From Vicugna vicugna (taxonomy: Eukaryota): 64,000 nucleotides of DNA. Location of the stretch: NCBI GenBank assembly GCA_013265495.1, contig MU058418.1:310001-374000 (forward strand). Direction: 5' to 3'. Position numbers and translations under genes: made by a program. Below the pieces are notes generated by a model, which saw only the letters and a program-made list of their open reading frames with translations, made no database searches and had not been told where the DNA came from. Within the stretch, counting starts at the first letter, position 1. Each line of letters opens with the position of its first letter. Below, piece after piece: positions 39,275 through 52,188 of the stretch.

Positions 39275-39331
39275 CAGTAGTATATGACCTTCAGTAGTAC
39301 ATGACCTTTTAATTCAGTAGTATATGACCTT
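39275..39331. repeat. Three copies of the 17-mer CAGTAGTA(T/C)ATGACCTT
   Basis: Copies at 39275-39291, 39292-39308 and 39315-39331. Confidence 0.9.
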
Positions 39332-42300
39332 CCAAGATTTTTATCTATTAAACAAATATAGGTAATGATTCCAAAGATATTAAAAAATAATACATAAAAC
39401 GACATCTATAACTGTGTGTATATTATATACATATTATATACATTTAACTTTTTGTGTAAATGATTGCTGCAACATTCCTGACTGATTTTCGCTTGGCTCA
39501 ATTTTTTTCCTATCAGGAAAAGCCCCAGCTAAAGAACACCAGACGTCACAAGAGGTAGAGAGCATCATGAGATGGTAATCATTAAGACAATAATAAGAAG
39601 TCATATTGTTAAACTATAGAAAAGGAAAAAGCAATGAGGCCCCATACTGGTTATTTATTGTTCTAATTCCACTTCATTCCTATGTGTAATTATGAGTTTT
39701 AAGGAACAAAACTAAGATGAGACTGCTGACGGCGGACAGAGAGAAGAGCACAGGTGGCCCACTTCATAAGGGCATCCAGGGGCACTGGCGGAGCCCCCGT
39801 TTTGTCAGTCTTTTCTTCTTACCATTCTAAGGACTATAATTTATTCATCTGCTCTCATCTCTGCCTTATTCTAGAGAGTTTTAAATGGTTTAGCTATTAC
39901 TAGATGGTGTTTGGTAACAAATAAACAGCACAACCAGTAGATGTGGGGAAAACACTAGACAAGAGTGTAACAAGAGATAAAGTATGACAAACTGAGTAAG
40001 AAAGGCACAAAATGGAGGGGAGGGGGGAACCTATAGCAATAACAGTCTGAATGATCAACTTTAATGGAGTCCCCAGATACAGAGACGTTTTCTGTTCTGT
40101 GTGTTAACAAACCTGCTATTTTACCTCAAAATGTTAAGATGTCTGAGTTTCAGGTTTGATGACTGTGCATTACCAAACCAAAGACAGTACATAGATTAAA
40201 ACCTTGCCTGATCTCCCAATTTTAGGTAAGAAGAGAATTCTGTCTTGGAAACGATCAGGGCTTTGGGTTACATCTCCAAATCCTATGGGTAAAAATAAAA
40301 ACTTCTGATACAATACTTATCATTTGTAACAATAACAGAGGGGGATCATGTTTTACTATTTGAAAATGGCACTAAATTAGTAATGGTCATCCTCTGTATA
40401 GCAAAAATATTTGAGCACTTACTGCTTGAAAATACATTCTAAGTCAGTGGTTCTCTCTCTAGATTTCCCAGATCTTTAAGGATTCTTCACAGTAAGTGAA
40501 AAATTATTCAGAGAAATGAATTATTTTCCCCTTTCCAAAACGTCTAAGGAAAGCCATTCATTCACTCCTGGATAAAGGTACACTGGTTAATAGAAATGTT
40601 AATTTTCTTTAGTTCTGTACTCATTAATTCAATGTGACAGTAGTGGTTACCTCTTGGTCACGAGGTAACCAAACTGTCAGTTATAAGTGTATCTAATAAA
40701 ATAGAAAGTTAAGTAATCATTATTTTACCTATAAAGTGTTTGGTAAACAGACTCTTTTAAAGGAGGCTAGAACAGGAGAAGGAGTCCTGAGTGGTGAAGA
40801 GGCTGAGAGGTTATCATCACAAAGGCTACGCTGGCTAACTTCCCTCCACTTCTCCGTGGCCACCCGCTTTCTTTCACCAAGGCGCTCTGAGAGCAGCTGT
40901 CCACTTCAACAACACATCTAACAGGAGGCCAGAAGAGGTCAGTGGAGAGCAGTGCTGGGTACCCCATCCCTCCCACCCAGACTGCTGGGCTCTAGCACAT
41001 CTCAGGTCTCTGTTCACCCAAAAGGAAGAAGCCAAAAAACCAGAATAAATCATTATACTCAATTTTTTACTTTGACACAATGTGAGATGACTTTAAGGCT
41101 GTTGTAATGTTTAACTTAAAAAAAGAAAAAAAGATTTGAAGTAGACAACAAAGAAATTCTCCTGCATGATTGTGAAATACAAGTTTTCATAGCAAAAAGT
41201 TTCCTGAAGAGGACAATGACAATAAAAATCATAACACCTTGATATTGACATAACAGTCCTATTTTCTCTGAGATAATAATCTATTATTTCTCAAAAACAT
41301 ATGGGTTGTAGGTACACAACAATTTCCATTTAAATATACTCAATATCTGATTATCTGTGCTATGGGGGGAAAAGTATGTGATTAATAAGAACTGATCAAG
41401 TATTACAATGTCCCAGCTTCTAAATTAATTCTAAAACAAACAGGGGAATGGAACAATTAAACATGTTGTTTTGAATGTTTTAAATATGTAAATGTAAATT
41501 TTCCCTCTCATTTACATTCAAGGAAGTATTAACTAAATAGACAGCTCTTCCTCCACAAAGAGCTGAAGAATTAGAAGGAAGAAGGCTGTAGAATTTTAAA
41601 CACCAGTTCTTGTGTTTTGACTTTTCTCTCTTGGGAAGTTTCTTCACTGAAGGTCCACCTATAAGATACAGCACCTAAAAGCGAGCCTTCACAGAGGAGC
41701 TCTTCCCCATCAAAATGGACGTCATGGTCTGGGGAAGATTTATTGAGTATAAACCCACAGCAGTGGACCAGGCACAGAGAGGATGCAACCCCAAAAGGCT
41801 GGTACCTGACTTTAGGGGCTTTATGAATCTAAGGGTGTAACCAATAAAACTGGAAAATGCCAAGGAAAGACCTAAACGGGTGGATTACAGAGAGGTCCAA
41901 GTTACCTTGCCTACCCTTCTAAATATTCCTGAGGAAGATTAACTTCCATCCAAAGTGATATAGACAGTATAAAACAAAATCTGTGTAAAGTACCTTCGAA
42001 AAATAACAAGTTGCCTATTAAACACTGCGGGTGTGTCAAAAAAGAGAAAGAGCTTTTGCAAAACTGAAGCCATAAATTGATTTAAACTCTAATAATTTAG
42101 TACTATTCTATTTAAATTCCCTGACAACTTTGACTTTTCAGCTTATTGTTTTCATTAAATTAAAACTGCTCTGGCCTCTACAAAAAGAGACAAAAAGTAA
42201 ATTCCTGTTGTTAAAGTTCTGAATTGAATGATATAAAATTAAAAACAGAGATGCATTTTAAGTGCAGAGTATCCTTCCACGGTTGCCAGAAAACAACTAA

Positions 42301-43205
42301 CAAAGGGGAGCTAAGTAATTTCACAGCCATATTTTTCTCACTCTCCTTCACTGAGAACATAGTCGTTTGTGTGGCATAATAAGCTGTAAATTATAAACAT
42401 TTTTACATAGCCTGCTGCAAAGAACAGTCTGCCAGCTTTCTACCATATTGGATAGGGTTCAAGTGATTAACTACAGCTTTGGAAAGAAGGGGTGGAAACT
42501 TGTTTTGTGTCTCAGTTTGTTGGTTTTCTTATGCACAGCCTTTAAAAATCCGTCACATCATTATTTCAATGAATATGTAAGTTATTCATTCTAATTACAG
42601 GAGAGTAATAGAAACTCCATATTACTGCAGGATGCAAACTACCCATGGACAGCAGCAAATCCTGTAGGTGCACAATTATCCAAGTATTTCCTTGAAACAA
42701 TGTCTATGAGTATGCGTGTAATGGTTTTCAACATCAGAATGTGTACCACCGAGCATTTCAGGACTAATGATAAATGAAATAAATAATTTTGTTCTTTGTC
42801 TATATGGGAAGCCCACTAGACAGAACATCTATTTGGGGCACAAGTCTATTTTAAAAAATGGTTTCTGTATCAAAGAAAATATATAGGTATCTGTATTCTC
42901 AACAGATAAATAAAGGAAATGTGTAAAAGAGGTATGGCTTGTAAACATAAATGGCTTTATTTTTTAATTGTATAGAACACTACCATGATCCACATTCAAC
43001 CTCTAAACAAAAGGCAATTTTGTCTCAAAAAATCAACAATAATGCATGGAGCACTTGAGTACCCACCATAGTGCTTGAGTTTAAGAGGCCAAAAAAAAAT
43101 AAAGAAAAACTCTATAACCTGGTTTCTATACACTATGCAGCTCAACACCACCAAATATAAAGATATGTGCTCAGTGCTGAGGATTTCAAGATGAAAAGGA
43201 AAGTA

Positions 43206-43416
43206 CAGCTGGCCTTCTGTATCCTTGAGTTTCACATTCATGGATTCAACCAACTATGGAGCTGGCTAAACCCAAGGACGGGAAACCCACAGACACAGAG
43301 AGCCAGTCGTATTCATTGTACTGTACTATTTTATACAAAGGGCTTGAGGATCTGTGGATTTAGTATCTTCGGGGGCTCCTAGAACCAATCTCCCATGGAT
43401 ACTGAGGGGCACTCTG
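43206..43416. mobile_element. MER2-like Tigger MITE
   Basis: Imperfect TIRs cagctggccttctgtatcc / ggatactgaggggcactctg with TA flanks. Internal ggattcaaccaac. Confidence 0.75.
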
Positions 43417-43444
43417 TATTTAGGGCACTCTAATCCAGAGGCTA

Positions 43445-43685
43445 TCTATAGTAATGGAAAGAGCATGGATTCTATGGTCAAATGGGGCTTGAATCCTAAC
43501 TCTGCTATTTATTTACATTATCAACTTGGTCAAGTTATTAAATTTCTCTAAGCCTATTTCCCAAAAAAAGCAATTTTTTTGTTAACCGACATTGTAAGGA
43601 TTAAATGAATTAACGTATATATAAAGCACAGGGAACACTACCAGACATATAGAAAACTCGATATGTGTTAGCTATAGTAATAATT
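43445..43685 (+). mobile_element. MIR
   Basis: ttgaatcctaactctgcta...ttggtcaagttattaaatttctct...gtaaggattaaatga. Confidence 0.7.
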
Positions 43686-46600
43686 ATTTTTCCACATTTA
43701 TTGTAGTCAGATCAGCCTCCTAGCCCCTTATTGTAGTGAGCATAACAAGTGCTCACTAAATGTTTGTTGAATGAATGAATGAATCAGTCAACAAGTGACT
43801 GAACAAATCTAGTAGAGGGATAAGAGGTATACAAATTACTGCAAAATAGATGAGAAGTGCCTCAAAGGTATAAAATGTAAACAGTGCCTCAGTGGTGGGA
43901 GAGGTGCTCGGTTGGAAGATGGCTAAAACACAGGCCCTGACCTCTACAAGGTACTATCTAGTGGGAAAACATATACATAAATCAGTCATTTCAAAACAAT
44001 GTGTTACGTGTTCTAAAAATTCACAAAACAACCCCTCTAGGTTCCAGCTCTAACTGAGCCATAACTTTTCCTGGGGCACCAAAAAACCCTGTATTTTTGT
44101 GAATGGATATACTTCACCTCCTACAAGCTGCAAACTGACGGGTTGAGAGGAGAGACTAGGGCTCTTTGTTTCCCTGTGTCGTCTTGAGAAAACCACTGCT
44201 CCTTCGCAGCAGCTCTCTTCCGCCATCACTCCTCTTCTCCATCACTCTGCACTCATGGGAGCCCTCAGTATTTCCCTTAGGTCTGTTGTTCTCTTGGTTG
44301 ACTTCAGTCACATGAATTGCCCACCTTGTAATTTCTCAATCTACTCAATACAACTGCTGTCAACCACATTCTCAGGAATAACTGGAACTCACCATGCAGA
44401 ACTGCTCTACTTCTCACATCCTCAATGCACATCCTACTCTCTAACTACAGCCTCCTAGCCTCTTAGCTCTCTCACTGTATTACTACTTCTCCTCCTATAA
44501 TATGAATCATCATGACTTCCAGTCCTTGATCACTATTTTTTTCCCCTATTTTTGGACTCCCTCAGTCTTCCTTCCTGATCAAGCCTAAACAATTCTCAGG
44601 TCAACCATTCTTTTGCACACACCTTTTTCTTGGTAGGAAAAGAAAAATCACGATCATGCTTTTACTTTCATCACTTCTCTAGGGCTGCTAGGAACTGTCT
44701 ACTGCTGTTAAGCAATTTGTATTTAATTCTCTAGGGAATGGGACACCATTGAAAAATAAAGGATATTTTACTCCACTTAAAAACTTGAGCAGAATAGGAG
44801 GGAAAAGGGTAATCTTAATAACAGAAAATGGACATTTAAGATGCCATTGACTATAGAGAAGGATTACATGGTAAGAGTTAACCATCCTGAGAATCTGTTC
44901 TCTTTGCTTCTATTACCATCACTACCAAGCTGCACAGTCCAAGAGCAGGATGAAGAGAATAGTGAAAAGGAGTTCCTTGAACACTAGCTACCTGAAGATG
45001 CCAGTTTCTCCTAGCATCTTACGTTAGGGGTATTAAGGACCATTTGTCTTTAATTAAACAGAGGGCTGTAAGTGGACATGGGTGGACTGTGGATCCAATA
45101 GTAAATATGGTTACAGCTCTAGAAGTGAAGTCTCAGAAACAGAGTTCTAGAAATGAAATTGCATCAGTAGTGTCAGAAAGCGGTAAATGCATAAACTGTT
45201 TCCTTACCTTGTCACTTGAGATCAAAGACTATTTCTTATTAAGATCTGCGTTTCCCTCAAAGTTTAGCCCTGTGCCTTGAAGAGAGGAGGTGGTTAGGAT
45301 ATGCTATATATTGGACCATAGGCTACGCGAATCTAGATGGATATGTGCCCTGTTAAGCTCTCTGACCTGAAGTCCATTTTATCCCTATTAACTTACAGAT
45401 GAGTAACCACACAGCATGATTAGTGACTTGCTTAAGATTAAGTAGCTAATCAGTTACAGATTTGAGACAAGAACCCAGATCTGCAGCCCTTTACATATGT
45501 CTCTTTTACATCACACTATTTACCATTGTGGGGGTCCCTTGCGTTTGGGTTCAAAGGATAAGCAAGTCATAAAGCTATTAAGCAAACTCTGTCATTAAAC
45601 ACGTTAAATGACTGCAATTCTTCAACCGAATAGAACTAACATTTTGTTATAATGAATGTCAAGAATGAAGTGCAGTTTAACATTTAGAATTAGACACTGG
45701 ACAGTGCCTTTGACTGCGGCTTCTTACTAGTCAACATATAGTCCCTTTTTAAGGAAAAGGTTTAAATTTTTTCACCATTGACAAAACAATTTGTGCAGCT
45801 TGTTTTTTGTTGTGATGTAGTCAGACAGGCTAATCTAGATCAAGACATTTATATACGATTAACTCGCAGCTAAGCAGATTAGTAGCTGAGCCCACCTACT
45901 TTTTGTGGTTAATTATACTTGTTTTGTAAGAGGCTGTTCTTATTTTGTGTTTTCAGCTCTGATGAAGTAAAGACTTCTGATGTACAGTATGCTGAACATA
46001 AAGAGCCTTTCCCTTTCTTACTCAACATATAATTGCTGCATTTGTGCATGCTGCGTAAGTTGAAAATAACAATAAAAAGTTAATGAAGAAAATAAGTACT
46101 GGTGGTAATGAATTAGTAATATTGTTAGATTTGTATCTGGAGTTTATTTTTGTTGTTATAAATGGAATACAATCAATAGGAATATGTAATCAAACTGCAC
46201 ATGCTTTCATCTCTTGAGATCTCCCTGAAAAGGAGCTGAGATATCTTTAGGAAATTATCTTTAAAAGCCTACTCTAAATTCAGTTATTCAGCATGATCAT
46301 TTTAAATCCCTGTCAATAAGCACTCCTCATTTTCAAGGTTCTTGTAGTACAAAAAGATACATTCCTTAAATAGGTTTTTATTGCTTTATAAGTATAAAAT
46401 ATAACTTCCTTTTAATTTTTAAATTAATTTTAATTACACAAAATAGGAATAGATTTTCTTTATTAAAAAAAATGAAATATTACAAATAAAGTTCCCTTTG
46501 ACTATTCCCCTATACCTGTTCCCAAATCTTTCCCCCTCCCCACTTCCTCCAACCACGATTATCAGGTGGATGAGGTTTCTTCCAGATTCTTTTCTATGCA

Positions 46601-47569
46601 TTTACATATGCCATCTTAAATAATAATAACAGCAATAACTTTTAAAATGCTATCTATTTCAATATTAATTATTTCACACTAATATAAATTGAGCCCTAAA
46701 TAGATAATACGATCAACACGTTCCTACTTAAGCCTCATTTCTTAAGGTGTTTTTTTTGATTTGGTCAACCCCCAAGGAAAATGTAATTTGTTAATTTTGT
46801 CTGGCGTTTTTAAGTGCTAGACAAATTCTAATATGTAGTGTGAAGGTGAAGATAGTCACGGCCTATTGTTACTATAATGAGAAGTCATCAGAAGCTAATT
46901 AGTATCACATTAAAATGATAAATTATGAACTACATTTGCAGCTGAGTCCATGTCCAATTCCCTAAATTTAAAGATTTGTTTAAAAAGTCAAGTTGCTTCT
47001 TTCACAGCTTTTTAAATTCTCCATTTCTCTTCTTAAATTAAGATTTCACCACTACTTCTTCTAATAGCACACCAAGCCTGACCAATTTTCATTTAGAGGA
47101 GGAAGTAATGTTAAGATCAGTCATTTGATTATAAGGTATTTTCTAGATTTAACTTATAGTTATGTTTATAGTGTTTTTCTGATTAGTTCTTTCAGCCCAA
47201 CAAGTACCTTAGCATTTTTAACCTTAATCATTAATTTAACTTTAATCAATTGAATAATACACTGAGTTGAAAAAGAATTAGCACAGTTACCAAGAAAGTG
47301 ATGGTGTCCATTTTAAAATGGATGCTAAACCTAAGAAAGTTAATCTAAAGATATCACTTTGCTTCACTCCTGCTTTCTTTATTTAAAAAATATCTAGAGT
47401 TTATGCATCTTCATAGGATATTTGATCCTGTCAAAGAGGGCAAAAGATAAAAAGTTCAAGACAGCTCTGGGACTCTAAGGGACTTATTTTAATGGCAGGA
47501 TAGAATTTCTAAGCTAACTACCTTCATTCAACAAAAAATTTTACTAGGTTTTAAGAAGTGCATAAGTAA

Positions 47570-48545
47570 AACATATATAAATTAAAAATAGTTCAGACCA
47601 CTGAAGAGGACATAAAATGGACAAAGTCACTCATTTTCCCCTACAGTTGTCTCTCCCCAGAGGTGACCACTATTTACAGCTCTTTGTGTCTCCTTTGAGG
47701 TATTTTCTATGTATATAAAAATCCACCACACCTACTCAAGCCCCAGTGGGATCAAACTATAATATGTTTCTGAGTCTTGCTTTCTCTAATTGGTCTTTAA
47801 TCTCTCTCCAGATCGGCACATACAGATCTCCTGAATTCTTTTAAATGATCATTTGATATTCCCTTGCATCAGTAACATAACATGTGCCCTCTTGGTGGAC
47901 ACGTTGGTTGTTCCTTTGTTGTTGTTGTTCTTGCAAAGTATGCTACAAAGAGCAATCTTAGATATACATCTTTGAGAACTTATGCTAATACAGCAGTACA
48001 CAATTTTGCTAAATCAAAGGAAAGTAGGAGTAAAATAAAATTAATAGCTATTATCAAATTGTTCTCTAAGCAACTATACTAATTAACAGCCCTACTAACA
48101 AAGCATTCAAGTGCCTTCTTCCTCACACACAAACATTAGGTATCAAACTTTTTAATCTTTGCCAATCTGACTGGAGAAAACTATTATTTTGTTTTAATTT
48201 CCCCTTCATGATGAGGTCCAGCCTTTATCCCCTTTTGTTTACTAATCATCTATGAGTCTTCTTCACTGAACAGACTTTTTATGTCTTTTCTCAACGTTTG
48301 TGTTGTACTATGTTCTCCTTCCTGACTTATAAGATCTTCAAATGATTTGTTTATTAAAACTTGGCCCTTTGTCATGTGTGCTACAAATATTTTTTATAGT
48401 TTTGGCATTTATCTTTTGACTTCATAGGAATTTTTTCCATGAAGAATTCTTTTTTATGAAGTCAAATATATTAATCTTTTTGTTCATAGGTTCAGAGTGT
48501 TGAAACCTTTTAGGAAGGTCTTCCTTGCTTCAAGATTAAATAATA
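47570..48545 (-). mobile_element. Old L1ME-type fragment
   Basis: ctctccccagaggtgaccactat...tttttaatctttgccaatctga...gtcatgtgtgctacaaatatttt. Confidence 0.65.
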
Positions 48546-49266
48546 GTAAGAAGAAGAATTGTTATTATTATTATTCAGCCATAATCAAGTAGTCATTGAC
48601 TGCTGTCTATGTGCTAGGACCATGCTGAATGCTGGGGTAATATGAAGCAAACAGATCATCTGAACTATGTTTAATGGCACACAGAGCACACAGCTCTCTT
48701 TTATCAGCACTACAAATAAACACAGAATAAGGTCAGCCCATAATTTTATTCTTATTCATCAGCTCACCTGCCACCCAGAAGTCAAATAAGTAATAAATGT
48801 ACTTGTTTTACAAATAGACTTGGCATGTGTTAAAATTTGCCAGTACCCACATGTATCCTGGCCAACAGACAATCTAAAAGGCAAAAATAGCACCAATCAC
48901 TTTACCCCTGGCTCACTTAATACTTTTCCATTCTTGCATGTTCTACTTATCACTGAATTTATCCCTAGCGAACAGGTAGAGAGCAAGGTGGACAAGAAGA
49001 AAGTGGTAACATATCTATAATAGTATCCCAGGACACTGCAGATCTTTAATTAAATTTGGTAGTTGTGCCTCAAAATGACAGGTGCACCTTGCAGTTCGAG
49101 ATGGCCAGGCTGCTCTGCTATGACTTTGACGGCAACGGGAGTATTATCGCTGCACTGGTCCTCCAGCAGCAGCTCATTCTCCCCACTCCACTGTCCAGAG
49201 GAAATTAAGTTGAGGGCAACACAAACTCAGAAGAGTCTAAAACCCATCAGTAAAACTTCAAACTAA

Positions 49267-50030
49267 TTTTTCATGTGTTTGTTGGCCATCTGAGTGTCTT
49301 TTTTTGGAGAGATGTCTATTTAGGTCTTCTGCCTATTTTTTGATTGGGTTGCATGCTAATTGTTAGAGAAATGCAAGTCAAAACTACAATGAGATATTAT
49401 CTCACACCAGTCAGAATGGCCATCATTAAAAGGGCCCAAAAAGATAAATCCTGGAGACAGTGTGGAGAAAAAGGAACCCTCCTACACTGTTGGTGGAAAC
49501 ATAAATTGATGCAGCTACTATGGAGGACATTTACACTTGTATGGAGGCTCCTTACAAAACTAAAAATAAACTTACCATACGAACTAGCCATCCCACTCCT
49601 GAGCATATATCCAAAGAAAAGTATAATTCAAAAAGACACATGCACCCCAGTGTTCACAGGAGCACTATTTACAATAGCCTAGACATGGAAACAACCTGAA
49701 TGTCCATTGATAGATGAATGGATAAAGAAGTTGTGGTATATATATAGAGTGGAATACTACTCATCCATAAAAAAGAATAAAATAATGCCATTTGCAGCAT
49801 CATTGGATGGACCTGGAGATTGTCATTCTAAGTGAAGTAAGCCAGAAAAGAGAAAGAAAAACACTGTATGATATCGCTTATATGTGGAATCTAAAAAAAA
49901 AAAAAAGGACACAAATGAACTTATCTACAAAACAGAAACAGACTCACAGACATAGAGAACAAATGGTTACCAGTGGGTAAAGAGGGTGGGAAGGGATAAA
50001 CTGGGAGTTCGAAATTTGCACCTCTTGGGG
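49267..50030 (+). mobile_element. L1 ORF2 C-terminus and 3'UTR with inverted 5' piece
   Basis: ORF 49344-49682 ([18 protein letters not shown]...LLHCWW...[13 protein letters not shown]) is the L1 ORF2 C-terminal region. 49267-49351 is the adjacent upstream L1 sequence reversed. Confidence 0.92.
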
Positions 50031-50177
50031 AGTGATGGCAATGTTAGCTATCTTGACTGTGGTGGTGGTTTCACAGGTATATACATCTATCAAAATTCAT
50101 CAAATTGTACATCTGAAATATGTGTAGGTTACTGTACAGGAATTATACCACAACAAAGGATGTTAGGAAAAAAAAAA
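50030..50177 (+). mobile_element. Old L1MC/L1MD-type 3' tail with poly(A)
   Basis: ggggagtgatggcaatgttagctatcttgactgtggtggtggtttcacagg...aattgtaca...A10. Confidence 0.7.
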
Positions 50178-51910
50178 CCTTCAAGCCAAATAGACAACAG
50201 AATGGAAGCTACAGATGACAGGTGAGTAAAGAAAATGTAGTCAAAAAAAAAAAAGGAATAGATTGAAACATTGAGGAAACAAAATGACCTTCTGATGGGA
50301 TTTTAAAAAATTCAATAGGTATTGGGCAATACTTTTTAATTTTTATTTTTTGTGTTTTTTTGTGGTACTCCACTAACACTTTTATTTTCATCCTTTATAT
50401 ATCACAATTATATATTGATTTACACGATAAGTAAGTTAAAAATTTAGACTGTTGCACAAAGGGTGCTTTAGCACCTGATTACAGTTCATATTCTGATTTA
50501 GAAGTTGCAAAGGACATAATAAGGTACAATGACTGTAAGTTATAGTCCATGTTCAACTACTCTACAAGGCACATACTATAAAACACATGATTCAAATGTC
50601 TATTTTGGTCTAGAACAGTTAGGTATATTGAAGATTCAGTCATCCAGACAAAGATTTAAATGAATACTAAGTCCAAGACACTGGTGAGATATAAAGATGT
50701 ACAAAGCTAAGTGACTGCCCTGAAGGAGTGAGAAAGCTAATAAAGGACATAAAGCAGCAAGACAGGGGTCTGAAATAACAATAAGAGACAACATTTGTTA
50801 AGCACAGTTTACATTCAAGGCACTGTTTTATTCATATTACCTTCTTTAATCCACTCAACAAACCTATGAGGCACAGAGAGGTGACTTAACTTGCCTTGGG
50901 TCACACAGTAAATACGTGATGGAGCAAGGATTTAACTGAGGCAAATTATAAGCCAACATTATATATTTCTTCCCCTACTTGATCACTTAATGTAAAATCT
51001 CAGAAAGTCACTTCACCTCTCTGAGTTTTGTTTTTTTCCTTGGTGAGACCCTTATTTCTGCCTCACAGTGTCCCCGTTAGGGTTCCAATTCAGGTACTCT
51101 GACATAGAATAACATTTACTAAATTGTTTTGCAGCATTCCATAAAATGTACTGCTGACAAGGATGAAAGGGTTATATAGTCAAATAACTGGGAAACAGTA
51201 TCTTAAAGATTCATGATGCATACCATATATACCGAACAATTCTTGAGATTTCTGAAATAAAGAAAAAAATTTAAACTCTGTTTAACCTGGCATGCCCAAG
51301 TTTGTTTGATCATAGGAACTTTTGTTCCACTGACCATATAGTAAAATCTTCATCCCAAATGAAGCACAAATTGGGAAATGCTGATAGAAAATGGAATGAG
51401 ATCAAAGGACCTAATGAGTTTGAGTCTGGCTCCGCCAACTGCTAACCTCTTGCTTTGGGTAAAGACTCCTTAATCTCTCGAGGTCTCTGTTTGCCCTCTC
51501 AGCAATCACCTAGACTCCTACAGTAACTCCTTGGCTGGTCCTCTCTACCTTTTGGACCTCAACCCTCTGGGTTATCTTTTCAGCTGATTACATTCTACAG
51601 CACAGGTATATTAATGTGACTCTTTTGTTTAAAGACCTTTCTAATAGCTATGAATAAAAATAAACACAGGATGCTTACTATGCTATGCATTACTCTATTC
51701 ACTCATTTAATTCTTAAAACCATTCTCTGAAGTATGTGCTGAGGCACAACTAGTAGGTGATGTAGTCTGTTTCCAGATTCCAAGTCTATTCTGCTGCCTC
51801 TTGGATAACTCCCCACTGTTTCTCCAGGATATAGCTCTAATTCCTTAGGCCCTTCACAATCTGACATCAGCCTTCCGTTTCTATGCCATCTCCTCATGAA
51901 TATTCTATAC

Positions 51911-52188
51911 TGTATCAGTTTGCTAGGGCTCTGGGGAGGAACCTGTTCAGGTCTTTATCTTTGGCCTGCAGATGACCATCTTCACATTCACAGGGTGTTC
52001 TCCCTGTATATGCATGTTGTGTCCAAATTCCTGCCCCCCTTTTTAAAAAATAAGAACATTGAACTATAGCCCATTCTAATGACTTCATTTTAACTTGATT
52101 ATCTCAAAATAAAATCACATTGTGAGGTACTAGGGGTTAGGACTTCACCATATGAACTTGTGGGGGGGACACAATTCAACCCATAACA
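51911..52188. mobile_element. MLT1A/B-like LTR, internally deleted, within L2
   Basis: tgtatcagtttgctagggct...gaggtactaggggttaggacttc...ggggacacaattcaacccataaca. Confidence 0.8.

Noticed and set aside
39275..39331. CRISPR-like array
   Set aside because: Eukaryotic context, no real spacers and no cas genes. It is a slippage repeat.
39770..39795. Possible CTCF site (catccaggggcactg)
   Set aside because: Imperfect match to the core motif. Cannot be supported without a PWM scan or ChIP data.
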